A stretch of DNA of 64,000 bases from an uncultured Alcaligenaceae bacterium (GCA_964630925.1 CAZVZK010000027.1:2135-66134), one strand, 5' to 3'; counted from the stretch's first letter, positions 37,462 through 46,445 are shown. Translations and numbers: made by a program. The notes: generated by a model from the sequence alone, not told the origin.

Positions 37462-39282
37462 TCAATGGTTCAGCAGGAACTCGTTGCTGTTGAGGAGCGC
37501 CCAGAACAGGTCCTCGTACTGCGCCCGCGCCGAATCCTTCGCCTTGAACTCGGGGCGGAGGGCCATGCGCGACAGCACGCCGGACATCTCCTTGGCGGAG
37601 GGCGGCCGGTTCAGGGCGTAGGTGTAGAGCTTGGTGACGACCTGCTGCGGGGTCTTCGAGCTGGAGATGGCGAGGGCCACGGCCCCCTTGTCCTTGCGGC
37701 TGATCGCCTGGTTGATCTCGGTGCCGTTCATCATCATCAGCGCCTGCACGATGGTGCCATTGAAGGTCACCTCGTTGCCCTCGTCGTCGCCGAAGTTGGT
37801 GATCAGCTTGCCCAGCCAGGCGTCCTTCAGCTTCTTCTTGTCCTCGGGCGTGGCCGGCTTCTCGTTCGTCGCGGTCATCAGCGACTCGAAGAGCTGCTCG
37901 GGGGACAGGGCCTTCATGACCATGCGGCTGAAGAGGACCTCCTGGTCCTGCTTGTCGTTGCTCGGGTTGGCGACGTAGCTCATGTGGTACGCCTTGCTGT
38001 GCGTCATCCAGCGGATGAGCTTGTGCATGTCGTAGTTGTAGTGCTTGAACCGCGCGGCCAGCTCGTTGAGCAGCTCGGGGTTGCTGGGGGTGTTGTTGTC
38101 GTTGAAGTCGTCGATGGGGTTGACGAACCCGCGGCCGAAGAACAGCGCCCACATGCGGTTGACGACGGCCTTCGTGAACATCTCGTGCTCGACGACGTAC
38201 TTCGCCAGCTCGACGCGGCGGTCGTTGCCCTTGACCTTGGCGTCGAGGCGCGGCCCGCGCTCCTTGCCGCCGGAGGGCAGGAACTCGGCGTGCCACATCT
38301 TCACCTTGCCGGAGCGCAGCTCGAAGAAGACGTTGGCGTCGGGGTTGACGGCGGGGTCATCCGACAGGGTGAGGTCCGGCGGGGCCATGCCACGCATGGG
38401 ACGCATGCGGGCGCGGCCCTCGACCTTGACCTGGCGCAGGAAGGCGTTGACGCCCCAGAACATCTCTTGCTTCAGGCCGTTGAAGAACGGGTGGGCGTGG
38501 CACTGGGCGCACTGGACCTGCGTGCCGAGGAAGATGCGGGTGATGCGCGAGGTGAGGGGGATCATCTCGAACGCGCCCTCCTCGCGGACGCGGGCGCCCG
38601 GCGTGGGCTCGCCGAGGTGGGCCATCACGAAGTTGGCCGCCCCATTCTCCGTATTCTTCCCCTTCGCCGTGATCAGCTTGGTGACGATCTCGGCGTAGTT
38701 CTTGTTGTTGGCGAACTGGTCTTCCAGCCAGGTGGACATCTGGTCGTGGTACTTGCCGCGGCCGAAGTCGCCGGCGCGGGTGAGCAGCCAGTTGCTCCAC
38801 ATATTCGCCCAGTGCCGCGGGTAGTCCTCGCTCTTGAGAAGCCGGTCGATGAGGAGGGAGCGGCGCCGGTCGGGCGAGTCCTTCAGGAACCGGTCGATCT
38901 CGGCGGGGGTGGCGATGCGCCCGATGATGTCGAGCGAGGCGCGGCGGATGAACTCGTGGTCGGTGATGAAGTGGCTGTGGGTGACCTTGTTGGCCTTGTA
39001 GCCCTCATCGAGCTTGGTGTCGATGAGTTTGGCCATCTCGGGAACGTCGGTGCCCTCGCTGGCGATGGTCATCTTGAGCGTCATCGGGCCGGTGGGCTTG
39101 ACGACGACGGGCTTGCCCTTCTTGTCCTTGTCGTTGCCCTTGGTGTCGCCCTTGGTGTCACCCTTGGGGTCGGCGGCGCCGGCCAGGTGGGTCAAGCCGC
39201 AGACGGCGGCGAGCAAAAGGGCGCCGGCCCACAGGGGCCGCCATCGTCCGGGGGACCGCCCGGCCGGCGAAGCGTGACGCAT
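37462..39282 (-). CDS. DUF1549/DUF1553 domain protein
   Basis: Signal peptide. DUF1549 string DHEFIRRASLDIIGRIATPAEIDRFL. DUF1553-type C-terminus ...DLFWALLNSNEFLLNH*. Confidence 0.88.
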   Translation of the reverse strand: MRHASPAGRSPGRWRPLWAGALLLAAVCGLTHLAGAADPKGDTKGDTKGNDKDKKGKPVVVKPTGPMTLKMTIASEGTDVPEMAKLIDTKLDEGYKANKVTHSHFITDHEFIRRASLDIIGRIATPAEIDRFLKDSPDRRRSLLIDRLLKSEDYPRHWANMWSNWLLTRAGDFGRGKYHDQMSTWLEDQFANNKNYAEIVTKLITAKGKNTENGAANFVMAHLGEPTPGARVREEGAFEMIPLTSRITRIFLGTQVQCAQCHAHPFFNGLKQEMFWGVNAFLRQVKVEGRARMRPMRGMAPPDLTLSDDPAVNPDANVFFELRSGKVKMWHAEFLPSGGKERGPRLDAKVKGNDRRVELAKYVVEHEMFTKAVVNRMWALFFGRGFVNPIDDFNDNNTPSNPELLNELAARFKHYNYDMHKLIRWMTHSKAYHMSYVANPSNDKQDQEVLFSRMVMKALSPEQLFESLMTATNEKPATPEDKKKLKDAWLGKLITNFGDDEGNEVTFNGTIVQALMMMNGTEINQAISRKDKGAVALAISSSKTPQQVVTKLYTYALNRPPSAKEMSGVLSRMALRPEFKAKDSARAQYEDLFWALLNSNEFLLNH

Positions 39283-39600
39283 CGTTCTACCCCCTCAGAG
39301 GTGCATTCCGGCCCCGGTGACGGGGCCTGTTCGGATGTCATTGATTCTGGCACGGCGCGTCCCCGGCGTCAACGGGGTGGTCCCCCGTTCCTCCAAAGGC
39401 GCCGCCCCGCACGCCCTGAGACGCCCGGGGCCCGCCGTTGGTTCCCTAACCGAAGGGGCGGAGGTGGGCGTCAGGGCCGGCGTATCCGGCACACACGGCA
39501 GAGACGGAGTAAATCCCCCAGGCCCCTCTTGCCGATACTAGCGATATTCGCACGGAATCGCCGCGCCCGCTCACGGCGGACGTTCTCACGGGGTGAGGTT

Positions 39601-41838
39601 ATGCGCTGGAAATTGCTCTGCGCGGCCCTGGCCAGCATCTTCGCCGTCACCTCAGGCTGTAAGCAGCGCTGCTTCATGACCGAGGCGGACCACAACCGCA
39701 CGGTCACGAGCCTCCTGGAGGGGACGGAGGACATGCCGGACCTGTCGGCCCGGCCCGCCATCAACCCGTCGCCCCCGCCGCAGACGCTGCGTGACTTCGA
39801 CCGCAAGGTGAAGTTCATCTCCCTGGCCGAGTGCATCGCGCGGGCGCTGGAGCACGGGCGTATCGGCCAGCCGAGCTTGCTGTTCCCCGGCACCGCCCAG
39901 GACAACCTCGTCCAGTTCACGGGCCGCGGCGTGTCGGGCTCGGACGCCGTGCGCGTCCTTGCGCTCGACCCGGCGCGGGCGGGGGCGGACATCGACGCGG
40001 CGTTGAGCAAGTTCGACGCGGTCGTCACGAGCAGCATCCAGTGGCAGACGACCGACCAGCCCATCGGCACGCCGCTGCAGAACATCCAGGCCGGCACGCA
40101 GGGGTCGATCCAGCAGCAGGACGCGACGTTCACGTCGGCGGTGGTCAAGCCGCTGGCGACGGGCGGCGTGGCGGCGATCACGATGAACGTGCCGTACACG
40201 TACACGAACCTGCCGGCGCGGGTGAACCCGTCGTACAGGCCGCAGCTCAACTTCCAGTTCGAGCAGCCGCTGATGCAGGGCTTCGGCGTGGAGATCAACC
40301 AGCTGCGGACGGCGCACCCCGGCAGCATCCTGAACCCGGGCGTGTTCAACGGCTCGCCGACGGGCGAGGGCATCCTGCTGACGCGGGTCCGCTTCGACCA
40401 GCAGCGGGCGGAGTTCGAGCGGGTGGTCAACCAGATGCTGCTGAACGTCGAGGTGGCGTACTGGAACCTGTACGGCTCGTACTGGACGGTGTACAGCCGC
40501 GAGCAGGGCCTGCGCTTCGCCTACGAGCTGTTCCGCACCGCCAAGCAGCGGCTGGACGCGGGCAGCGCGACCGCGTCCGAGCTGTACGAGGCGCGGGCCC
40601 AGTACGAGCAGTTCCGCGCCCAGCGCCTGCAGGCCCTCGACCAGCTCATGGAGTTCGAGCGGCAGCTGCGTGCCCTGATGGGGCTGCCGGTGGAGGACGG
40701 CAACCGCCTGATGCCCAGCGACCAGCCGACGCTGGCGGCGTACAACCCGGACTGGAACGGCGCGTTGCACGAGGCGTTGACGAAGCGTCCGGAGCTGTAC
40801 ATGGCCCGGCAGGACATCAAGGCGGCCCAGATGAACCTGCTGCTGGCGAAGAACCAGCTCCTGCCGGACGTGCGGTTCCAGGCCAGCTACGACTTCAACT
40901 CCATCGGGACGCGCCTCGACGGGGCGAGCGGGTCGAACGCGAACGGCGGCGACATCAACGCCTTCCGGGGCCTGTCGGACGCCAACTTCAGCTCGTGGAC
41001 GATGGGCATCCGGGCGAACATCCCGCTCGGCTGGCGCTTCGCCCACGCCCAGGTGCGGCAGGCGCAGATCGGCCTGGCGAGGTCGCTGGAGACCCTCAAG
41101 GACCAGGAGATGAAGGCGGAGAGCTTCCTGTACAACTACTACCATCGCCTCGGCACCGCCTACGCCCAAATCCAGGCGAACCGGGCGACGCGCGAGGCCC
41201 TCGCCGAGGTGGTCCGCGCCGCGCAGGCCCAGTTGGCCGCCGGCAAGGTCAGGCCGTCGGAGGTGGCCCCGAGGGTCCGCGAATGGGCCGACGCCCTGGC
41301 CAACGAGTACCAGGCCATCGTGACCTACAACAACGCCCTGGTGGGGATGGAGTTCGCGAAGGGGACCATCCTGCAGCACGACAACGTGGTGATCGCCGAG
41401 GGCCCGCTGCCCGGCTGCGCCTCGGCCCGCGCCGTGGAGCACGAGAAGCAGCGTTCGGCGGCCATCGTCCTCCGCGAGCGTGCCGTGCCCGCCGGCCCCG
41501 GGGCGATCGTGCCGGTGTCCGGGGCCGTGACGATGGGCGCCCCGGCCGCGCCTGAGAACGTCGGCTCGCTGCCGGGGATGATGTCCGTCACCCCCCCGCT
41601 GACCGACGTGCCCACGCTGCCCGCGGACCCGAAGGCGGAGGTGAATCCGCCCGTGGCCGCACGGCCCGAGGACGTGTCCACGAAGCCGGCGGCGAAGCCG
41701 CTGCCGAGGCCTGCCCGCCGCGAGTCGGAGTTCGGGACGGCGGCATCGCCCTCGCCGTCGGCGATGCCGTTGCCGGCGGGGCCGGCTCGGACGCCGTACC
41801 GCCGCGAGTCGGACTTCGGGACGGCGCCGGGGCGGTGA
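39601..41838 (+). CDS. TolC-family outer membrane efflux lipoprotein with ~145-aa low-complexity C-terminal extension
   Basis: Lipobox FAVTSGC. Two OEP repeats (LNVEVAYWNLYGSYW..., LLLAKNQLLPDVRFQASYDFN..., YQAIVTYNNALVGMEFAKGT). The Pro/Ala-rich tail ends with duplicated RRES[ED]FGTA. Confidence 0.85.
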   Translation: MRWKLLCAALASIFAVTSGCKQRCFMTEADHNRTVTSLLEGTEDMPDLSARPAINPSPPPQTLRDFDRKVKFISLAECIARALEHGRIGQPSLLFPGTAQDNLVQFTGRGVSGSDAVRVLALDPARAGADIDAALSKFDAVVTSSIQWQTTDQPIGTPLQNIQAGTQGSIQQQDATFTSAVVKPLATGGVAAITMNVPYTYTNLPARVNPSYRPQLNFQFEQPLMQGFGVEINQLRTAHPGSILNPGVFNGSPTGEGILLTRVRFDQQRAEFERVVNQMLLNVEVAYWNLYGSYWTVYSREQGLRFAYELFRTAKQRLDAGSATASELYEARAQYEQFRAQRLQALDQLMEFERQLRALMGLPVEDGNRLMPSDQPTLAAYNPDWNGALHEALTKRPELYMARQDIKAAQMNLLLAKNQLLPDVRFQASYDFNSIGTRLDGASGSNANGGDINAFRGLSDANFSSWTMGIRANIPLGWRFAHAQVRQAQIGLARSLETLKDQEMKAESFLYNYYHRLGTAYAQIQANRATREALAEVVRAAQAQLAAGKVRPSEVAPRVREWADALANEYQAIVTYNNALVGMEFAKGTILQHDNVVIAEGPLPGCASARAVEHEKQRSAAIVLRERAVPAGPGAIVPVSGAVTMGAPAAPENVGSLPGMMSVTPPLTDVPTLPADPKAEVNPPVAARPEDVSTKPAAKPLPRPARRESEFGTAASPSPSAMPLPAGPARTPYRRESDFGTAPGR

Positions 41839-41862
41839 GCAGAGTGGGGGCGGCGTTCGCAC

Positions 41863-41903
41863 GGCGACGCCGGGTCATCGCGCTGCGATGACCCGGCGTC
41901 GCC
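41863..41903. terminator. Perfect 19-bp hairpin between convergent genes (candidate bidirectional terminator)
   Basis: GGCGACGCCGGGTCATCGC-gct-GCGATGACCCGGCGTCGCC lies between the TolC-like stop (41838) and the MutS-like stop (41907). There is no U-tract, so its function is inferred from position only. Confidence 0.45.
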
Positions 41904-41906
41904 CTG

Positions 41907-43748
41907 TTAGACCTCCAGCCCCACGGCCCGCATCAAGGCGACGGCGTTGCTGTGACGCACCACCCCCGGCCGCAGCGTGTAGTCGAACTCCAGCGTGCCC
42001 TCGTCGAAGCGGTCGGCGAAGTGGACGTTCTCCGCCCTGTCGCCCAGCTCGTCGGCGATCCCCGCCAACACGAGGTCGTGCGTCGTCACCAGGCCGACGG
42101 CCCCGGCGGCCACCAGGCCGTGGACGACGGCCCGCGCCCCGTGCTGGCGGTCGTGCGAGTTGGTGCCGGCGAAGATCTCGTCCAGCAGGAACAGGAGCGG
42201 CACGGGGCCGCGCGACAGCGAGACGACCTGCTTGACGCGCAGCACCTCGGCGTAGAAGCGCGACCGGCCGGCCTGCAACGAGTCCTGGATGCGCAGGGTG
42301 GCCCCGATGGCGAGTGGGGAGAGGCGGAGGCGTGTCGCCCGCACGGGGGCTCCGGCGAGGGCGAGGACGACGTTGACGCCGATGGTGCGCAGGAACGTGC
42401 TCTTGCCCGACATGTTCGACCCCGAGACGACGAGGACACGCAGGGGGTCGCCGAGCCTCACGTCATTCGGGACGCAGGCGCCGCGCGGCAGCAGCGGGTG
42501 TGCCAGGCCCTCGGCGGCGAGGAGGGGGCCCTCGGCGACGACCTCGGGGAAGGGGTCGGAGGGCGACTCGTAGGCGTAGGTGGCGAGGGCGCACAAGGCC
42601 TCGAACTGTCCGACGGCGTCGAGCCAGCGGCGGATGTCGCGGCCGCTGCGCGAGCGCCACTGCTCGATGTCGTGGGCGATCTGGGTGCCCCACATCATGA
42701 GGAAGGCGAAGGGGGCGAAGAACTGGTTGCGCCGCGAGTTCAGCAGGTCGATGAGGTTGGCGAGGGCGGCGATGCGCTGCGACGGCGGCGAGCCGTCGGT
42801 GCCGTCCATGAGGCGGGCGAGCAGGCCGGCGAGGCGCGGCGACTTGAAGGGGGCCTCTTCGAGGCGGGCGAGGATGTGGGCGAGCATGCCGAGGTCGCGG
42901 CCGCTGCGTTCGACGCTGCCCAGGACCTTGTTGACGCGGCGAAGGAAGAACAGGAGGAAGACGCCCTGGATGGCGAGCATGGACGCCAGCGGCATCGGGC
43001 CGTAGGCGAGGAAGAACCGGCCGAAGTGGGTCGCCGGGTCGAGGACGCCGCCGAGGCCCATGAGGAAGCCGGCGGCGCAGGCCACCGTGACCAGGCCCAG
43101 GGCCAGGGCCAGCCAGCGCGGCCAGCGGTGGGTGAGGAGGGGCGGCTCCTCGCCCCAGGCGGCGACGCCGTCGAAGTCCACGCCCTGCGGCACGTCGGAG
43201 CCGAGCAGGGCGAGGTCCTCGCGGAGGTCGAGCATGGGGCGCAGCTCGGCGACGGCGGCCTGGCGGGCGAGGACCTCGTCGGCGTCGGCGCCGGCCTTGA
43301 GCCAGGCGGCGAGGGTGTCCTCGCCGGTGCGTGTGCGTGCGGTGCAGAGCAATTCGAAGAGGGAGCCGGGGCCGAAGAGGTCGAGGTCGGCGGCGTAGGG
43401 GTGGGCCTCGTCGGCGAAGCGGGCGCCCTGCTGGCCCTGGCCCTTCCAGTCGTCGCGGAGGCGGCGGAGGCCGGCCTCGTAGTAGGCGATCGCGCGGCGG
43501 GCGCGGTGGGCGGCGCGGAAGGCCGCGTCGTGCAAGAAGATGAGGACGACGAAGCCGGCGACGAAGAGCCACAGCCACCAGGGCAGCGGGAGGTTGACGC
43601 GCATCCACAGGCAGGAGAGGAGGACGACGGGGAGGATGACGGCGACGCGGGCGAGGGAGAGCAACTGCTCGCGCCCGCCGAGCGCCGCGGCGAGCCGTTT
43701 CCGCTCGTCGCGGCGCTGCTCATACTCACGGGCGGGGTCGGTATTCAT
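41907..43748 (-). CDS. MutS-related ATPase (MutS domain V) with N-terminal transmembrane region
   Basis: Walker A VSGSNMSGKSTFLRTIG, LLFLLDEIFAGTNSHDR and GLVTTHD. The N-terminal ~250 aa contain several hydrophobic helices. No mismatch-recognition domain is visible. Confidence 0.8.
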   Translation of the reverse strand: MNTDPAREYEQRRDERKRLAAALGGREQLLSLARVAVILPVVLLSCLWMRVNLPLPWWLWLFVAGFVVLIFLHDAAFRAAHRARRAIAYYEAGLRRLRDDWKGQGQQGARFADEAHPYAADLDLFGPGSLFELLCTARTRTGEDTLAAWLKAGADADEVLARQAAVAELRPMLDLREDLALLGSDVPQGVDFDGVAAWGEEPPLLTHRWPRWLALALGLVTVACAAGFLMGLGGVLDPATHFGRFFLAYGPMPLASMLAIQGVFLLFFLRRVNKVLGSVERSGRDLGMLAHILARLEEAPFKSPRLAGLLARLMDGTDGSPPSQRIAALANLIDLLNSRRNQFFAPFAFLMMWGTQIAHDIEQWRSRSGRDIRRWLDAVGQFEALCALATYAYESPSDPFPEVVAEGPLLAAEGLAHPLLPRGACVPNDVRLGDPLRVLVVSGSNMSGKSTFLRTIGVNVVLALAGAPVRATRLRLSPLAIGATLRIQDSLQAGRSRFYAEVLRVKQVVSLSRGPVPLLFLLDEIFAGTNSHDRQHGARAVVHGLVAAGAVGLVTTHDLVLAGIADELGDRAENVHFADRFDEGTLEFDYTLRPGVVRHSNAVALMRAVGLEV

Positions 43749-43765
43749 CAGCGTAATCTAGCGGA

Positions 43766-44548
43766 TCAACGGCCGTCGGAAAGGACGCGGCGCCAGGCGT
43801 GGCCGATGGCCCTCTTGAGCGCCGGCGACGCCTTCTCGTACTGCTCGGCGAGGTAGGGCGAGGCGCCGCGGCCCATGTACCGGATGGACTGCTCGGCCAT
43901 GCCGCGGACGATGGGGTCGGGGTCGAGGAGTTTCGTCGCCTGGCAGATGGGGCGCGGGCCGGCCATCAGGTCGGCCTTGTCCTCAAGCTTCGTGACCTTG
44001 CCGCCCTTGTCGAGGGTCAGGGTGACGAGGTAAGTGCCCTTGCCGCCGGACGAGGCGACGGCCTTCGCGGTGGACGAGGTGGCGTCCGCCTTGACGGAGC
44101 CGTCCTCCAGGGTGAAGCGGAAGAAGCCGTCGTTGTGCAGCTCCTGGCCGATGCGGACGGCGGCGCGTGCGGCGTCCTTGCGGGCGGCCTCGCTGGAGGC
44201 GGCGGGCATGTTGGCGGAGAGGAACTTCTCCAGCTCCTTCGCGGACGTGATGACGGTGACCTTGGCCCTGGCGTCCACGGCGAAGACGTTGGAGACCTTG
44301 AGGCCCTCGGGCGGGATGCGTCCGATGGGGAACTGGCGGAACAGCACGGTGAAGAGGGCGTGTCCGGGGAGGGCGCGGGTGGTGGCCTCGTCGCCGAGGG
44401 CGGCGAGGTGGCCGAAGCCGCCCTTGAGCTTCTCGAGGTGGGCCTTGGCGGCCTTCTCGGCGGCGGCCTTCTCGGCGGCGGTGAGCTTCTTCGGGGCGGG
44501 CTCGGCATCGGGGAACGAGAGGGCGAGGAGCGCGACGAGGCACAACAT
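43766..44548 (-). CDS. Secreted hypothetical protein
   Basis: ATG at 44548 with GGAG upstream. Signal-like MLCLVALLALSFPDA. Coherent globular composition. Ends 17 nt before the MutS-like start. Confidence 0.65.
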   Translation of the reverse strand: MLCLVALLALSFPDAEPAPKKLTAAEKAAAEKAAKAHLEKLKGGFGHLAALGDEATTRALPGHALFTVLFRQFPIGRIPPEGLKVSNVFAVDARAKVTVITSAKELEKFLSANMPAASSEAARKDAARAAVRIGQELHNDGFFRFTLEDGSVKADATSSTAKAVASSGGKGTYLVTLTLDKGGKVTKLEDKADLMAGPRPICQATKLLDPDPIVRGMAEQSIRYMGRGASPYLAEQYEKASPALKRAIGHAWRRVLSDGR

Positions 44549-44740
44549 GGGGAATGCTCCGGTGAGAGAAGGGCTCCTATCTTCGTATGCGCGCCGCGCT
44601 CGGTTCGTCCAAAGGGAGGCCGGCGCGGGTTGCGGGATGGGTGTAGGCCGTGCGGCGTGAAGGGGGCGATCTCGAGACATGGTGGCCTGGCTCGGTCTGG
44701 CCGCGGACGCCGAGCCCCTCAGGCCTTCGGGGGGGACCGA

Positions 44741-44835
44741 GCCGACGCGCTGGAGGAGGCCGGCAGCGCCGACGCGGAGATCCTGACGCACCTGCGTTCA
44801 CCGGGGCCGCACGTTCGGGGGTGCTTGGCCAGGAG
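44741..44835 (+). pseudogene. Orphan 3' fragment of the 'EEAGC...THLRSPGPHVRGCWALDLVL' family gene
   Basis: Translates to ADALEEAGSADAEILTHLRSPGPHVRGCLARSDQ. This matches the last ~35 aa of 45417..46127 and 52926..53645 at both protein and DNA level, but has no upstream body and a degraded end. Confidence 0.55.
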
Positions 44836-44838
44836 TGA

Positions 44839-45069
44839 TCAAGTGCCCGGCGGGCGGTCGGGGGGCAGGATGTGGCTGACAGACGCGGGCGCGAACAGGC
44901 GGTAATCGCCGTCACGGGCGATGAAGAGATACACGTCGCCGCGTCGGTCGATCAGTTCGGGATGGGTCACCAGGATTCTCCCGCCGCTGACGAATTCGAT
45001 GGCGTATGGGCGGAAGGGCCGCTGCCGCGAGACGATGCGCAGCACCCGATCCAGCTCGGCGTGAGTCAT
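44839..45069 (-). CDS. Small hypothetical protein, 'RPFxP[FY]' family, copy 1 (76 aa)
   Basis: MTHAELDRVLRIVSRQRPFRPYAIEFVSGGRILVTHPELIDRRGDVYLF... The start overlaps the upstream paralogue's stop (ATGA). GGGGGAG RBS. Paralogous to 45066..45293 and 53667..53951. Confidence 0.6.
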   Translation of the reverse strand: MTHAELDRVLRIVSRQRPFRPYAIEFVSGGRILVTHPELIDRRGDVYLFIARDGDYRLFAPASVSHILPPDRPPGT

Positions 45070-45293
45070 TGGGCTGTCTCCCCCACCGCCGCCCGGATCT
45101 CGCGGACCTCCCGCCTATCGAAGAAGACCATCTCGTCGTCCGCCGTCAGGATGCCGCCGCCGTCCTCGTGGAAGCAGATGCCCGGCTCATCCAGGCGGTA
45201 GACCCGCCCGTCGGTCATCTCGATGGTGAATGGGGCGAAGGGCCTGCGGTGCTTGTACGCGGACAACTGTGATTGGAATGTGGCCGAATCCAC
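45066..45293 (-). CDS. Small hypothetical protein, 'RPFxP[FY]' family, copy 2 (75 aa)
   Basis: GTG at 45293 preceded by GGAGG 6 nt upstream; the ORF-track start at 45362 has no RBS. ...FQSQLSAYKHRRPFAPFTIEMTDGRVYRLDEPGICFHEDGGGIL... Confidence 0.6.
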   Translation of the reverse strand: MDSATFQSQLSAYKHRRPFAPFTIEMTDGRVYRLDEPGICFHEDGGGILTADDEMVFFDRREVREIRAAVGETAQ

Positions 45294-45416
45294 GGGACAC
45301 CTCCAAACGAGCGCGATGGGCGACCCCTTCCGTACTGTACCCTTCGCGGAATGATGGATCAACCCGCAACGAGCCGGCCGTGCGAGACGAGGGGGATGGG
45401 GCGAAAGGGCGGGCCC

Positions 45417-46127
45417 ATGACCGAGGCGGAGTGGCTGGCGTGTGAGGATGTGCCGCGGATGCTCGCCTCCCTTCGGGGGAAGGTCAGCGGCCGCAAGTTG
45501 CGGCTTTTCGCCTGCGCGTGCTGTCGTCGGCTCTGGGACTGGTGGGAGGGCCGGGTCGGGGAACGGTTGGCGACTGAAACGTCGGAACGGTTCGCAGACG
45601 GACTGGCCACGGGGAGAGAGTTACGGGCTGCCGGGGGGCAAAGTGAGCCCATCCCGATGGGAGGGCTGGGGGAACGCGGGGCCGGCCACAACGCGACACG
45701 CGACGATGCGTGGGATGCGGCGGACGTGGCCTCAAGAGTGGCGGCCGAAACGGCCGGGAACGTGGCGTACGGCAGGATACAAAGCCGTGGCGGGCTGACA
45801 AGACTTGAGCTGGAGGCGGAGGCGGACGCGGCAGAAGCCGCGGAGCGGCAACACCAGATCACTTTGCTCAGGTGCATCTTTCCTGGCCCCGAGGCCACCG
45901 CACTCCGGGGCAGCGCTCCGACGCCGATGGTGGCTTCGCTCGCCGTGGCCGCGTACGACGAACGAATCCTGCCGAGCGGCCACCTCGACGCGGCCCGCCT
46001 CGGCGTCCTTTCGGATGCGTTGGAGGAGGCGGGCTGCTCCGACGCGGGGATCCTGACGCATCTGCGTTCACCCGGCCCGCATGTTCGCGGATGCTGGGCG
46101 TTGGACCTCGTCCTCGGCAGGGGGTGA
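45417..46127 (+). CDS. Cys-rich hypothetical protein, family X copy 1 (N-terminus MTEAEWLAC..., C-terminus ...EEAGCSDAGILTHLRSPGPHVRGCWALDLVLGRG)
   Basis: Start chosen by identity with the paralogue at 52926 (both begin MTEAEWLACE). Conserved RKLRLFACACCRRLW / RKFWLFAVESCRRVW and a conserved C-terminal ~40 aa. An in-frame ATG at 45396 is an alternative start. Confidence 0.7.
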   Translation: MTEAEWLACEDVPRMLASLRGKVSGRKLRLFACACCRRLWDWWEGRVGERLATETSERFADGLATGRELRAAGGQSEPIPMGGLGERGAGHNATRDDAWDAADVASRVAAETAGNVAYGRIQSRGGLTRLELEAEADAAEAAERQHQITLLRCIFPGPEATALRGSAPTPMVASLAVAAYDERILPSGHLDAARLGVLSDALEEAGCSDAGILTHLRSPGPHVRGCWALDLVLGRG

Positions 46128-46445
46128 ATCCTCGGAGGGGGCGAGCGGGGCGATGCCGTGGGCCTCGCGGGCCTGGCGGCACTGCTCGCTGCCGGCGGCG
46201 AAGGCGCGGCAGACCTCGGGCCGGCTGTCGTAGATGGTGCAGCGGTCCCCGCCGTCGAGGAAGGCGCAGGCGTCGAGGAAGGGCAGCGGGAAGAGGCGGT
46301 AGTTCTTGCCCTCGGAGGCCAGGGACGGCGGCAGGGGGCGGCCCTCGGCGGCGACGCGCGGCTCGCGCCGGGCGTCGGCCTCGGAGGCGAAGATGGCGAA
46401 GGTGCGGCAGCAGGCGCCGCAGCCGTCGCACTCGTGGGTGGGCAT
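46068..46445 (-). CDS. YkgJ-family cysteine-cluster protein (UPF0153)
   Basis: MPTHECDGCGACCRTF... (CxxCxxCC) plus a second cluster DGGDRCTIYDSRPEVCRAF. The start shares one base with the WD40 stop (TGATG). Confidence 0.75.
   Translation of the reverse strand: MPTHECDGCGACCRTFAIFASEADARREPRVAAEGRPLPPSLASEGKNYRLFPLPFLDACAFLDGGDRCTIYDSRPEVCRAFAAGSEQCRQAREAHGIAPLAPSEDSPPAEDEVQRPASANMRAG

Noticed and set aside
37261-39600. 5' 780 codons of the 1525-aa ORF that contains the TolC-like gene
   Set aside because: This part is antisense to the DUF1549/DUF1553 gene and compositionally nonsense. A lipoprotein signal with an RBS begins at 39601, so the gene was trimmed to 39601..41838.
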